Assembly (NCBI GenBank): GCA_964367355.1 | Contig: CAYIWY010000008.1 | Location: 15,172-79,171 of the forward strand | Length of the DNA stretch: 64,000 bases | Origin: an uncultured Gammaproteobacteria bacterium | Lineage (GTDB): Bacteria; Patescibacteriota; Microgenomatia; Woykebacterales; RBG-16-39-9b | Reading direction: 5' to 3' | Part shown: positions 55,338-64,000 of the stretch, in pieces | Layout: each line of letters starts with the position of its first letter | Numbering within the stretch: position 1 is the stretch's first letter | Program-made: the position numbers and the translations under genes | Notes under the pieces: model-generated | What the model saw: only the letters and a program-made list of their open reading frames with translations | Told to the model about the DNA's origin: nothing | Databases searched by the model: none

Positions 55338-56587
55338 TAGATGTTAAACAAATTCGGGAAAACAAAAAAGAAGTTGAGAAAGAGCTAGCTAAAAAAGCAT
55401 TTGATTTCAACCTTGACCATTTTTTGAAAATCGATGAAACCCGCACCAAATTAATTCGGGAAGTTGATGAACTTAGGACACTACGCAACGTTGCAGCCGA
55501 GGAGCGCAATATCGAAAGAGGAAGGGAAATCAAAGCGAAGCTTGAAAAACTTGAACCAGCCCTTGCGGCAATCGAAGAAGAGTATACAAATGAATATTTC
55601 AAAATTCCCAACCCCCCACTGTCCGACGTTCCGGTTGGCGATGAAACCAAAAACGAAATCTTGCATAAAGTCGGCGAACCAAAAAAAATTGATTTTAAAC
55701 CAAAAAACCATTTGGAGATTGGGGAGGGTTTAGATCTTATTGACACTGTTCGTGCCTCTAAGGTATCGGGAACGAGATTTGCTTATCTCAAGGGGGATGC
55801 TGTTTTACTTGAACTGGCAATTATTCAATTTGCAATGAATAAACTTGTTAAAACTGGGTTTACTCCAATTTTTCCGCCAGCACTGATCAAGCAGGAAATT
55901 ACAAAAGGTTTGGGATACTGGCAAGTTGGGGCCAACGAGAACTATTATTCTGTTCGTGATTATGCGATGGAGGGTGAGACTAAAGACACTGACCTTTATT
56001 TAGTTGGCACAGGTGAACATAGTGTTGTACCAATGCACTCAGGTGAAGTTTTTAAGGAAAGCGAATTACCCAAGAAATATGTTGCTTTTTCATCCTGTTT
56101 TCGTCGTGAATCAGGCTCTTACGGAAAAGATACCCACGGAATATTACGGGTTCACCAATTCGATAAAATCGAAATGATCTCTTTTGTAAAACCAGAAGAC
56201 GATGAAAAAGAACGACATTCGATGTTAAAAATAGTTGAAGAAATGATGAAAGAGTTAGATTTACCCTACCAAGTTGTCAAACTGGCATCTGAAGATTTAG
56301 GTTTTCCATCAGCTGAAACTATTGATATCGAAACCTGGTTGCCTTCAGAAGAAAAATACCGCGAAACACATTCGATCTCTACTACAACCAATTTCCAAGC
56401 CAAAAGGTTGAATATCAAATACCAAGACGGCGATAAAAAGAATTATGTCCATATTTTAAACGGAACAGCCTTTGCAATTGGTAGAATTATCATTGCTATT
56501 TTGGAAAATTATCAAAAAGAAGACGGTACTGTCGATGTACCGGAAGCACTGCGTGAATATCTTCACAAAGACACTCTTTCAAGGTAA
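55334..56587 (+). CDS. serS: seryl-tRNA synthetase
   Basis: N-terminal coiled-coil arm, class II motifs (FRRESGSYGKDTHGILRVHQFDKIE, GRIIIAILENYQ). Confidence 0.85.
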   Translation: MIDVKQIRENKKEVEKELAKKAFDFNLDHFLKIDETRTKLIREVDELRTLRNVAAEERNIERGREIKAKLEKLEPALAAIEEEYTNEYFKIPNPPLSDVPVGDETKNEILHKVGEPKKIDFKPKNHLEIGEGLDLIDTVRASKVSGTRFAYLKGDAVLLELAIIQFAMNKLVKTGFTPIFPPALIKQEITKGLGYWQVGANENYYSVRDYAMEGETKDTDLYLVGTGEHSVVPMHSGEVFKESELPKKYVAFSSCFRRESGSYGKDTHGILRVHQFDKIEMISFVKPEDDEKERHSMLKIVEEMMKELDLPYQVVKLASEDLGFPSAETIDIETWLPSEEKYRETHSISTTTNFQAKRLNIKYQDGDKKNYVHILNGTAFAIGRIIIAILENYQKEDGTVDVPEALREYLHKDTLSR

Positions 56588-57197
56588 AAGTGAACATAAC
56601 GGTGATGTTAAAGTCGTTGACAGTTTTGGGGAACGACGCTTGGTGGCTGATGGTTATACACAATCGCGTAGTTTGAACAAAGATGGTTTGACTGGGTCAT
56701 ATTGGGATGGTTTTGTGAATCCGATGATTAAACTCGACAAAGATAGTCGAGTTTTGATTTTAGGGTTAGCTGGAGGAACGATAGCAAAAATGTTGACCAA
56801 ACGCTTTGGTTTGATAACTATTGATGGAGTGGATATCGACCCAATGATGGTTGAGCTTGGGAAAAAATACTTGGATTTCAACGAGAAGAACGTCAATATA
56901 ATTATCGCTGATGCCCCAAATTTTTTAAAAGACGCGCGTTACAAGTATGATCTAGTTTGTGTTGACCTTTTTTCTCATGGTGATGTGGCCGTCGGAACCG
57001 AGTCAAAAGTTTTTTTTGAGAATATTCAAAAAATATTGAATAAAAACGCCGTCGTTGTTATCAATAAACTTTTTACTAGCAATGACGAATTGAAAAAACA
57101 TGTCGATTTCTTGCACGAAATTTTTAATAAAACGGAAATACTTTTGGTACGTGGCTCGATCCAGACTGATAACGTCATCATTTACGCAAGTACCTAG
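56535..57197 (+). CDS. spermidine synthase-like SAM-dependent transferase (catalytic domain only), paralog A
   Basis: VLILGLAGGTIAKML, DVDIDP, DLVCVDLF. The start is uncertain because it overlaps the serS 3' end. Confidence 0.5.
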   Translation: MYRKHCVNIFTKTLFQGKSEHNGDVKVVDSFGERRLVADGYTQSRSLNKDGLTGSYWDGFVNPMIKLDKDSRVLILGLAGGTIAKMLTKRFGLITIDGVDIDPMMVELGKKYLDFNEKNVNIIIADAPNFLKDARYKYDLVCVDLFSHGDVAVGTESKVFFENIQKILNKNAVVVINKLFTSNDELKKHVDFLHEIFNKTEILLVRGSIQTDNVIIYAST

Positions 57198-57219
57198 ATT
57201 TGGCGAGAAGATTAATGAA

Positions 57220-57870
57220 ATGCCTTTATTTAAAAAAATACTCTTCGAGGGAGATTCCGAATTTAATGGAAAAGTACAAGTTGTCGATCGGTTTGGAGTC
57301 CGACGCTTAATTGCTTCAAAATTTACGCAGTCAAGAAGTTTGGATAAACTTGGACACTCGGAAGTTTATTGGGATAGTTTCCTTGCTTTTACATCTGCGC
57401 TTCCTGATACGGCTTCGATATTAATTCTTGGTTTGGGAGCAGGAACCAGCGCAAAAATGCTAAGAAAAAGATTTCCCAGAGCTCGGATAATTGGTGTTGA
57501 AATCGACCCAATGATCATTAGTATTGGCAAAAAATATTTTGACTTGGATAAGATTGATATAGAAATAAGCATTGAAAATGCTAAAGACTTTGTCGAACAA
57601 ACAGAAAGAAAATTCGACTTAATTTACCTTGACGTTTTTGTTGGTGGTGTTGCTCCAAGTTTTGTTTCTGATTCTACTTTTTTCAATCAATTGCAAAATA
57701 TCCTTAAGAAGAATGGGGAGTTAATTGTTAATAGTATCTACCGGAAAAAAGCAGACGCTGACAATTACGAGGCTTTTTTTAAACAACACTTTGATCTAAA
57801 GGACAAAATATTATCTTCAAAATCGTATAAACTTGGTAATTTGATTTTGAAGGGGGTTAACTATGGATGA
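57220..57870 (+). CDS. spermidine synthase-like SAM-dependent transferase, paralog B
   Basis: ILILGLGAGTSAKML, VEIDPM, DLIYLDVF. Tandem duplicate of the upstream gene. Confidence 0.55.
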   Translation: MPLFKKILFEGDSEFNGKVQVVDRFGVRRLIASKFTQSRSLDKLGHSEVYWDSFLAFTSALPDTASILILGLGAGTSAKMLRKRFPRARIIGVEIDPMIISIGKKYFDLDKIDIEISIENAKDFVEQTERKFDLIYLDVFVGGVAPSFVSDSTFFNQLQNILKKNGELIVNSIYRKKADADNYEAFFKQHFDLKDKILSSKSYKLGNLILKGVNYG

Positions 57871-58693
57871 AATTTTTCAGGCGATAATTTTAGGAATTGT
57901 TCAGGGAGCGAGTGAATTTTTACCGATCTCTTCTTCAGGACATTTGATTTTGGTCCCTTATATTTTTAACTGGCATGGGATAGTTGATAGTCTTAGTTTT
58001 GATGTAGCTTTGCATATTGGTACAACAGTAGCGGTAATTGCCTATTTTTGGAAGGATTGGGTCGAACTAATAACAGCTTTTTTTAAAGCCTTACCCAGGG
58101 GTTTGTCTGGAATTCTCTCGGATTTTAAAGCTAAATTTTTCTTAATTTTGATAATTGGGTCAGTTCCAGCAGCCCTAATCGGTTTTGTTTTTCAAGATTT
58201 TATTGAGAAAAATGTCCGCCAGCCGTTGTTAGTTGCAGGTTTTTTGATTGGTTTTTCTTTAGTGCTTTTTCTAGCGGATCGAGTTGGCAAAGGAAATCGG
58301 GATCAAAAGAAAGTTGGGTTTATTGACGGTCTAATTGTCGGACTGGCCCAAAGTGTCTCTTTGCTACCTGGGGTATCACGAAGTGGTATTACTATCACCT
58401 CAGGTTTATTTCGGAATATGGATCGGGAAACGGCGACCAGATTTTCTTTTCTACTTTCCACCCCAATTATTGTCGGAGCTGGAGCTTTGAAGCTAAAAGA
58501 TATCTTTCAAGGATCAGTTGCAGCTGGTTCACAAGCAGTTTTTTTGACTGGGTTTATCGCAGCGGCAATTTCTGGTTGGTTTGCAATCAAATTTTTACTA
58601 AAATTTGTCCAAACAAATAATTTTACTGTTTTTGTAATTTACCGGTTGTTAGTGGGGTTTGCGATTATTGCGTTTGTGTTTTTTAAGGGTTAG
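57863..58693 (+). CDS. uppP: undecaprenyl-diphosphatase (BacA/UppP)
   Basis: PISSSGHL, SRSGITI motifs. 8 TM. Confidence 0.85.
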   Translation: MDEIFQAIILGIVQGASEFLPISSSGHLILVPYIFNWHGIVDSLSFDVALHIGTTVAVIAYFWKDWVELITAFFKALPRGLSGILSDFKAKFFLILIIGSVPAALIGFVFQDFIEKNVRQPLLVAGFLIGFSLVLFLADRVGKGNRDQKKVGFIDGLIVGLAQSVSLLPGVSRSGITITSGLFRNMDRETATRFSFLLSTPIIVGAGALKLKDIFQGSVAAGSQAVFLTGFIAAAISGWFAIKFLLKFVQTNNFTVFVIYRLLVGFAIIAFVFFKG

Positions 58694-58776
58694 CTGTGTG
58701 AAATTCACTATGAATGAAGAAATAGATTTCCACAGCCTAAAGGCCGTGGTACTCTGATCTTCGCTCAAAATTCGCT

Positions 58777-59136
58777 TCATCGGCGACTTGAAACTCGCGG
58801 TTTTTTCGCTAAGAATAGCGCACAAACATTTTTTAAAACTCTGTCTTTAGATTTTTTGGTTAATTGGCCAACAGTATTTTTAATAATACTAGCATCTGCT
58901 GTAAATAGTTTATCTGGACGAACATAGCTGACAACTGGTAGACCGCCTTTTGCAAAGTCCTCTGCCTTTAGACTTATTGCCTTTGTGCTTGTATATGACT
59001 TTGAGGTAATTTGGCATAAAATAATATTATCAAATTCAACATTTGCTAATACTAACGCCGGTCGTAGTTTTTGGCCTTTTAAATTGGAAAATGGAAATAA
59101 AACTAAAACAACTGTTCCTACTGTAAACTTGCCCAT
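58777..59136 (-). CDS. type II toxin, MazF/PemK family
   Basis: VVLVLFPFSNLKGQKLRPALVLANV...ILCQITS matches the PemK/MazF fold signature. Confidence 0.65.
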   Translation of the reverse strand: MGKFTVGTVVLVLFPFSNLKGQKLRPALVLANVEFDNIILCQITSKSYTSTKAISLKAEDFAKGGLPVVSYVRPDKLFTADASIIKNTVGQLTKKSKDRVLKNVCALFLAKKPRVSSRR

Positions 59137-59357
59137 GCTTTATCCTCTTCTGGACGGTTCCAATCAGTAGCAAGTGTTTTCTCGGATAATAGTTGCGTTT
59201 CTGTTACTTTGTTACTTTTTACTACGGCTGCAATAATTCGAATTTCCCCTTTTTTTACTTTTAGCTCAACCTGATCACCAAGTCCGCTTTCATTAAGAAG
59301 TGGTTTCGGAATACGTATTCCGCGGGAATTGCCTATTTCAATTAGTTTAGTTATCAT
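59118..59357 (-). CDS. type II antitoxin, AbrB/MazE/SpoVT family
   Basis: MITKLIEIGNSRGIRIPK swapped-hairpin motif. Overlaps the mazF-like start. Confidence 0.65.
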   Translation of the reverse strand: MITKLIEIGNSRGIRIPKPLLNESGLGDQVELKVKKGEIRIIAAVVKSNKVTETQLLSEKTLATDWNRPEEDKAWASLQ

Positions 59358-59425
59358 GGTAACTACATTGTAGACACATGTAAAAGGTTTGTCAAACAAT
59401 AAATGAGTTTTTCCAACACATTTTC

Positions 59426-59704
59426 CTAATTGTAAATAGGATCGATTGGTTTCAACTCTTTTCCGAAGGCGAAATTGAGGGCTCCAGCAACAGCGATTCC
59501 GACCCGAATACCGGTGTAAGATCCGGGACCAGGGTTGGCCGTAAACTCGTCGATATCCTCAAGCCGTAGCCCGGCTTTTTCCAGACATTGATTGATCGAA
59601 ACCAAAGGAGACTCGTTTTCATTCTCACACGATAATTCTGAGTTCTTGGTGATCGTCACTTTAGCTTTTTTCGCTGTTGTTGTGTCGAGAAATAGTTTAA
59701 CCAT
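59426..59704 (-). CDS. tsaB: TsaB (YeaZ)-like N-terminal fragment, 92 aa (truncated)
   Basis: LFLDTTT...NPGPGSYTGIRVGIAVAGAL matches the first ~95 residues of TsaB and then stops. The TA module lies immediately downstream. Confidence 0.5.
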   Translation of the reverse strand: MVKLFLDTTTAKKAKVTITKNSELSCENENESPLVSINQCLEKAGLRLEDIDEFTANPGPGSYTGIRVGIAVAGALNFAFGKELKPIDPIYN

Positions 59705-61958
59705 TTTTTACAACACTTACCGTTGCTTCTTTCGCCATTGACGATGTTACTTGTGGTACGGAAGCGGGTGTATCGTTGATCAAAGCGGCTTTGTTCATCT
59801 TGTCGAGCTCCTCTTTTTTAAATTCTTTCAGAGTGAAGTTGAAAGTTGTCCCTTTGCCCAGTTCACTTTCGACCCAGACTTTGCCGCCATGCATCTCGAT
59901 ATAGTTTTTGGTGATATAAAGTCCCAAGCCGGTTCCCCCAGTGGTCTTGGCGGCGGTATATGAGTGCTCGACGCGGCCAAATTTCTCAAACAAGTGGGCA
60001 GCGTCTTCTTTGGACAAACCTACTCCGGTGTCAGTGACCCCAACCTCGACAATACCGGCGACTTTAGAAGTTTTCGCTAAAATAGTGATCTTGCCTTTGT
60101 CGGGAGTAAATTTTAGAGCGTTGCCGACAAGATTTTGCAAAACTTCAGCCAGTTTTTGTTTGTCAGCGATGATATGGGGGACTTTGCCTTCAATCTTGTA
60201 GGTAAGTGCGATACTTTTTTCAGTTGACTTCGAAGCTAGCTCAGCGATGACTTGATCAGCGATTTCTTTAAAGTCGATTTCCTGGAAAACCATCTGCATT
60301 CGGCCAGCTTTGATTCTGGAGACGTTGAGCAGGTCGTTGATCAGAGAAATCATTCGTTCAGAACTGGCATAAGAAATATCCAGATAACGTTTCAAGGCTG
60401 GATTATCAATTTTTCCGGCACGGTCATTGAGTGCCATCCAGAGATAGCCTTTGATTGCGGTCATTGGGGTACGCAAATCGTGAGATGCGATCGAGAGAAA
60501 CTCGTCTTTGAGTTTGTCGAGGTCTTTGAGCTGTTCGTTGGCATCTCGTAGTTCGCGGGTTGCTCGGTCAACTTGTTCTTTCAAGGTAATGTTGAACCGG
60601 CGGATTTTTTCAACACTCTTGGCGTTTTCAAAGGAAATAGCAGCTTCGGGTGAGAAAATTTCCAAGACTTTAATATCTTTTTGAGAATAAATTTCGCCGC
60701 TAGCTTTTTCACCGAGTAAAAGTACCCCAACATGATCGATTTGGGTTTTTAGAGGTATAACTACGGTGACATCAAGCTTACGCATCAGTTCTTTAGCTGG
60801 TCCTTCCTCAATATCTTCGAAAACCAGATTTTTATCCAAAGCCTGAATGGAAAAAACATCTTTTTCAGAAAATTTTGGTTCTTCCTTATAGCCCTGAGTT
60901 TCAGAAACGAAAATCTTGCCGCCATCTGTAAGAACAAAGGCGCCACGGGTAATGCGGATTTCCTCGATAAGTTTTTTGAGGAGTTGATGGGCGATATCAT
61001 CAATTAAAATTGTCTCCGCCATTACTTTAGTCAGATTTCCGAGTAGGAGGTTGGAGTCATAATCTTGTTTGAAAAATATTCTATCAGTCGATTTCTCCAA
61101 AAACTTTCGGAGTGGTTGGAAGGTAAAGCCAATAATAATAGTTAAGACACTAAAGATAATCAGCTGTTGAAAGCTGGTCTGACTCTTTAACAAAAAAGTA
61201 GTAATTGCAACTGAAGCAAGAACATAGAAGATAAATAAAAAAGTTGCCAGCAAAACATAAGCAATTGTTCTAGCAACAACGACCCTTATATCTAAGAGCC
61301 TATGACGGACAATAGCATAGGTTGTCATTAATAAAAAAATTAATGTATAAAGTGGCGCCGCGGAAACAAAAGTAGTATTACGAAAGAGTAAGAGTGGCAC
61401 CATTATTGTAGCTATAATCAAACCAAGCATAACAACTACGCCAAACATAACAAATCTTATTTGTTCCTTTGATTTTCCTGTTAACTTGTGTAGCTTCTTG
61501 AATAAAATATAGAAACTCCCGAGGAAGAAAAATACAGTGGTCAGGGCGAAAGGTATAAGACCAGGACCAGGTACTGGGTTTGGTGAACCATTGATTATTT
61601 CTAAGCGGGTAAATGCAAAAGGAGAGATATTAACCGCCATAATGACAACAGTAAGGGCTACTGAGAGGTAAAACCACCGTTTTGGAAGCAATATTTTTGT
61701 AGAAGGTAGTGTATTCGAAAGTAAGAAGAGTAGCAAACCTACTGGGACTGCAAAGAAAATGCTCAATCTGATCCATAGTAAACTTTCCTGAACTAGGTTT
61801 GGCAACAGCGATATATAAGCTACAACTAACCAACCTGTTGTGACAATTGAAAGCAGGCTAAAAATCTTATTTGTAGAGCTTTTTGAGTTGTTTGCGAATA
61901 CAAAAATTGCTAGTAAAGTATTGGATACTATGACAAAAAGCAGAATAGATAGATTCAT
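59697..61958 (-). CDS. large sensor histidine kinase (multi-TM domain + GAF/PAS-like + HisKA + HATPase_c)
   Basis: About 8 N-terminal TM helices. H-box SIASHDLRTPMTAIKGY, G-boxes DTGVGLSKE, GTGLGLYITKN. Confidence 0.8.
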   Translation of the reverse strand: MNLSILLFVIVSNTLLAIFVFANNSKSSTNKIFSLLSIVTTGWLVVAYISLLPNLVQESLLWIRLSIFFAVPVGLLLFLLSNTLPSTKILLPKRWFYLSVALTVVIMAVNISPFAFTRLEIINGSPNPVPGPGLIPFALTTVFFFLGSFYILFKKLHKLTGKSKEQIRFVMFGVVVMLGLIIATIMVPLLLFRNTTFVSAAPLYTLIFLLMTTYAIVRHRLLDIRVVVARTIAYVLLATFLFIFYVLASVAITTFLLKSQTSFQQLIIFSVLTIIIGFTFQPLRKFLEKSTDRIFFKQDYDSNLLLGNLTKVMAETILIDDIAHQLLKKLIEEIRITRGAFVLTDGGKIFVSETQGYKEEPKFSEKDVFSIQALDKNLVFEDIEEGPAKELMRKLDVTVVIPLKTQIDHVGVLLLGEKASGEIYSQKDIKVLEIFSPEAAISFENAKSVEKIRRFNITLKEQVDRATRELRDANEQLKDLDKLKDEFLSIASHDLRTPMTAIKGYLWMALNDRAGKIDNPALKRYLDISYASSERMISLINDLLNVSRIKAGRMQMVFQEIDFKEIADQVIAELASKSTEKSIALTYKIEGKVPHIIADKQKLAEVLQNLVGNALKFTPDKGKITILAKTSKVAGIVEVGVTDTGVGLSKEDAAHLFEKFGRVEHSYTAAKTTGGTGLGLYITKNYIEMHGGKVWVESELGKGTTFNFTLKEFKKEELDKMNKAALINDTPASVPQVTSSMAKEATVSVVKNG

Positions 61959-62028
61959 TTAAGTGAAGTTATTTAAATAGCTTGAACTAAAAGATTTATT
62001 TGATATAATTCTACCATAGAAAAAACGT

Positions 62029-63066
62029 ATGATACATAAATTTACTTTTCTGGAAAATATTCTTCTTCGTGCGGATGTTATACCCCACCCAATAATCGAC
62101 TCCTTAACTTACGTAATTGCTGGCAGAGTGCTTCAAGTTAGTATTAAATTAGGAATTTTTGAAACTCTTAAGAAAGAAAACCTAGCACTTAATCAAGTTG
62201 CCAAGAAAGTGGGAATAAGTGAGGAAGGGGCAAAAGTTCTTTTAGAGTGTTTAGAAGCATTGGGTTACTTGGAACAAATTAATGAGAAGTTTGGTATCAC
62301 CAAAAGAGGTAAAAGATTCCTGTTAGATGAGTCACCGTCAAGAATGAAAAATATAATTCTTTTTACTGATTATGTTTTCGATGCGCTAAATGATCTTGAA
62401 CAGACAGTAAAAGCTGGTGGGCCAAAAGATGTTAATCTTGATGTTTTTACAAAAGACCAATGGGAGGTTTTCAACAATGCGATGGAAGAGATTGGAAAAT
62501 CCAATATGAAGCAAGTAATTGGAATGATTCCATTCCCTAAGGATGCAAAGAAATTATTGGATATTGGAGGTTCTCACGGGCTCCACTCAATTGAGGCTTG
62601 TAATCGCTTACCTGGTTTATCAGCAACAATTTTAGATTTAAAATCTGTAGAAAAGTTAGCAAATGATGTTATTAAAAGATATAAGATGAATAATAAAGTA
62701 AATTATAAAGTCGGCAGTTTTTTCAATAAAAATGATATTGGTACGGGTTATGACGTTGTGTTTGCTTTTAATGTTATCCACGGTTTGAATTTAGATAAGA
62801 ACAAAAAATTAACAGAAGATATATATAACTCACTTAACAAAGGCGGGGTTTATGTCGTTATGGATCAAATAAAAGAAGCCAGAGGTAGTTCTCAACTCTC
62901 AAAATTAGTTGCTACAACCATGGGAGTAATGTTGTTTAACCAAGCCGGTGGAAGAACCTATTCTTATAATGAGGTTCATAAGTGGATGGTTGAGTCTGGG
63001 TTCAAATCTACAAAAATGAAAAAGATGAGAGATCCTGGAAGTGCCCTTATAATTGGGTTTAAGTAA
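62029..63066 (+). CDS. class I SAM-dependent O-methyltransferase (family 2, with N-terminal dimerisation/winged-helix domain)
   Basis: LLDIGGSHG SAM-binding motif I. Topology like plant/bacterial OMT family 2. Confidence 0.65.
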   Translation: MIHKFTFLENILLRADVIPHPIIDSLTYVIAGRVLQVSIKLGIFETLKKENLALNQVAKKVGISEEGAKVLLECLEALGYLEQINEKFGITKRGKRFLLDESPSRMKNIILFTDYVFDALNDLEQTVKAGGPKDVNLDVFTKDQWEVFNNAMEEIGKSNMKQVIGMIPFPKDAKKLLDIGGSHGLHSIEACNRLPGLSATILDLKSVEKLANDVIKRYKMNNKVNYKVGSFFNKNDIGTGYDVVFAFNVIHGLNLDKNKKLTEDIYNSLNKGGVYVVMDQIKEARGSSQLSKLVATTMGVMLFNQAGGRTYSYNEVHKWMVESGFKSTKMKKMRDPGSALIIGFK

Positions 63067-63067
63067 A

Positions 63068-64000
63068 CTAAGATAACAGGTCTTCCAAAAATCTCCTAGG
63101 GGAGTGCTCGGCCACTTTTGTTGAGTATCCAAGTCTCAGAAAAAATTGAGGCCTTAAACTGGTTTTTAAAACATCCATTGTTTCTTTATATAAATCTCCA
63201 GCCTCAATTATTTGAGCAAGAGGTGTCATCGATATACCTTTTTCTGTTGCTAATACCCAGATCTCTTCCAGGACTTTACCCACTTTCACCCAAGTTTCTT
63301 GATCATGGGTTTTAGATAAAATAAAGAAGTAGTACGGGGTTGTTAAAAGCAATTTTTGATTTTTATTTGCTTGAGTTTTTGCGAAGTTTGTGTTTTTAAT
63401 GGCAAAATTTGCGAGTAACGAAGGTATTAGCGGTATCCCGACTGTAAATGCTGGCATTCCGTCGGGTTTCCTAGTTATATTATTCCTGATCCATTGGAGG
63501 TGTTCTTCTTTGAACTTGTTGTTGTTCCACAAAGTATAATCACCTTTTTCAACAATTTTATTAATTCTTGATTTTACTTCTTTGTCAGTAATAATAAGCG
63601 GTTCAAGATCTTGATTTTTGGCAACCTTTTGTATATCTTCCAAAAAAATTGCTGGTAATTTCTTAGTTGGTATATAAGGGTACCTATTACTTATCCTTTG
63701 GCAAACGTGTTTTGGGTCGATCTTTCTTGCTATTGAACCTTCTTGTACAATTGAAATTTCAAATTCTAAGTCACCTCTAATTTTTAAAGTTTTTTGACAC
63801 ACTCTGTAACCAAACCAATTAGCTGCAATCTCAAGATTTTTTAATAAACAACCAATTGCGATATATAGTAATCTATTATCTTTGTCTGATGTTGCTAATC
63901 TTCTAGAATAATCAGGTTGTATGTATATCTTATCTTTTGTAATCTTAAATTTCCAAGGCTGAACATTAAAACTGGAAGGAGCTAGCAAGGCATACCCTAG
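63068..64000 (-). CDS. nitroreductase-family protein (5' end beyond window)
   Basis: PSSFNVQPWKF signature near the N-terminus. The reading frame stays open to the window edge. Confidence 0.55.
   Translation of the reverse strand, partial: LGYALLAPSSFNVQPWKFKITKDKIYIQPDYSRRLATSDKDNRLLYIAIGCLLKNLEIAANWFGYRVCQKTLKIRGDLEFEISIVQEGSIARKIDPKHVCQRISNRYPYIPTKKLPAIFLEDIQKVAKNQDLEPLIITDKEVKSRINKIVEKGDYTLWNNNKFKEEHLQWIRNNITRKPDGMPAFTVGIPLIPSLLANFAIKNTNFAKTQANKNQKLLLTTPYYFFILSKTHDQETWVKVGKVLEEIWVLATEKGISMTPLAQIIEAGDLYKETMDVLKTSLRPQFFLRLGYSTKVAEHSPRRFLEDLLS

Overview
Dense, low-GC, small-protein bacterial window with roughly 75 genes. The gene content (class I LysRS, a 470-aa AspRS, a split transketolase, class II RNR, many secreted and membrane proteins of unknown function) looks like a Patescibacteria/CPR-type or similarly reduced genome; the taxonomic guess is inference only.

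The housekeeping backbone is:
- Replication and repair: RecJ, an MGMT-like protein, an HD hydrolase.
- Translation: AspRS, GluRS, class I LysRS, SerRS, GreA, one tRNA-Glu(UUC).
- A glycolysis / pentose-phosphate cluster: GAPDH, RpiB, Rpe, transketolase N and C halves, class II FBA, a PfkB-family kinase.
- Redox: a glutaredoxin-like protein, TrxB, a DsbA/DsbB pair.
- NrdR followed by a class II (B12-dependent) ribonucleotide reductase.
- Envelope: UppS, UppP, an acyltransferase.
- Five sensor histidine kinases with a single response regulator.
- Two type II toxin-antitoxin pairs: DinJ/YafQ-like and MazE/MazF-like.

The three most interesting regions are:
1. A cobalamin-riboswitch-like leader at about 35683-35880. 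It has GGTGAA...GTGAAATTCGG...GCCGCTACTGTAATCC and a B12-box-like TCAGGATAGCCTGAG, and ends in mutually exclusive RBS-sequestering hairpins. It sits in front of an operon (35881-40478) for an LPXTG-anchored protein with QxxDGGWG/QxxDGGFG repeats (alpha/alpha-toroid fold) and a twin-arginine lipoprotein with related repeats. The operon also encodes a DUF4430 protein, an ECF-S-component-like membrane protein, a DUF4342 protein and a small membrane protein. This is a candidate surface B12-capture system, and it lies next to the B12-dependent RNR.
2. The split transketolase pair (tktN 19989-20858, tktC 23265-24242) has three membrane-protein genes between its halves. Each inserted gene is bounded by about 130-bp repeats that re-create the tktC 5' end plus the tktN 3' end (GRITGEHE*) with two hairpins in between, and each starts on an ATG that overlaps the re-created stop.
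3. A small GIY-YIG nuclease gene lies between a tRNA-like 5' fragment truncated in the T-loop and an intact tRNA-Glu that it overlaps.

Smaller oddities:
- A 36-codon leader ORF duplicating the glutaredoxin N-terminus with only synonymous differences.
- A Lon-like protein that has only the AAA+ module.
- An ABC ATPase fused to a YHS domain.
- A response regulator with a zinc-ribbon output domain.
- tsaB truncated next to the mazEF pair.
- A conserved-stem hairpin family at two convergent gene ends.
- Two consensus promoters followed closely by terminators.
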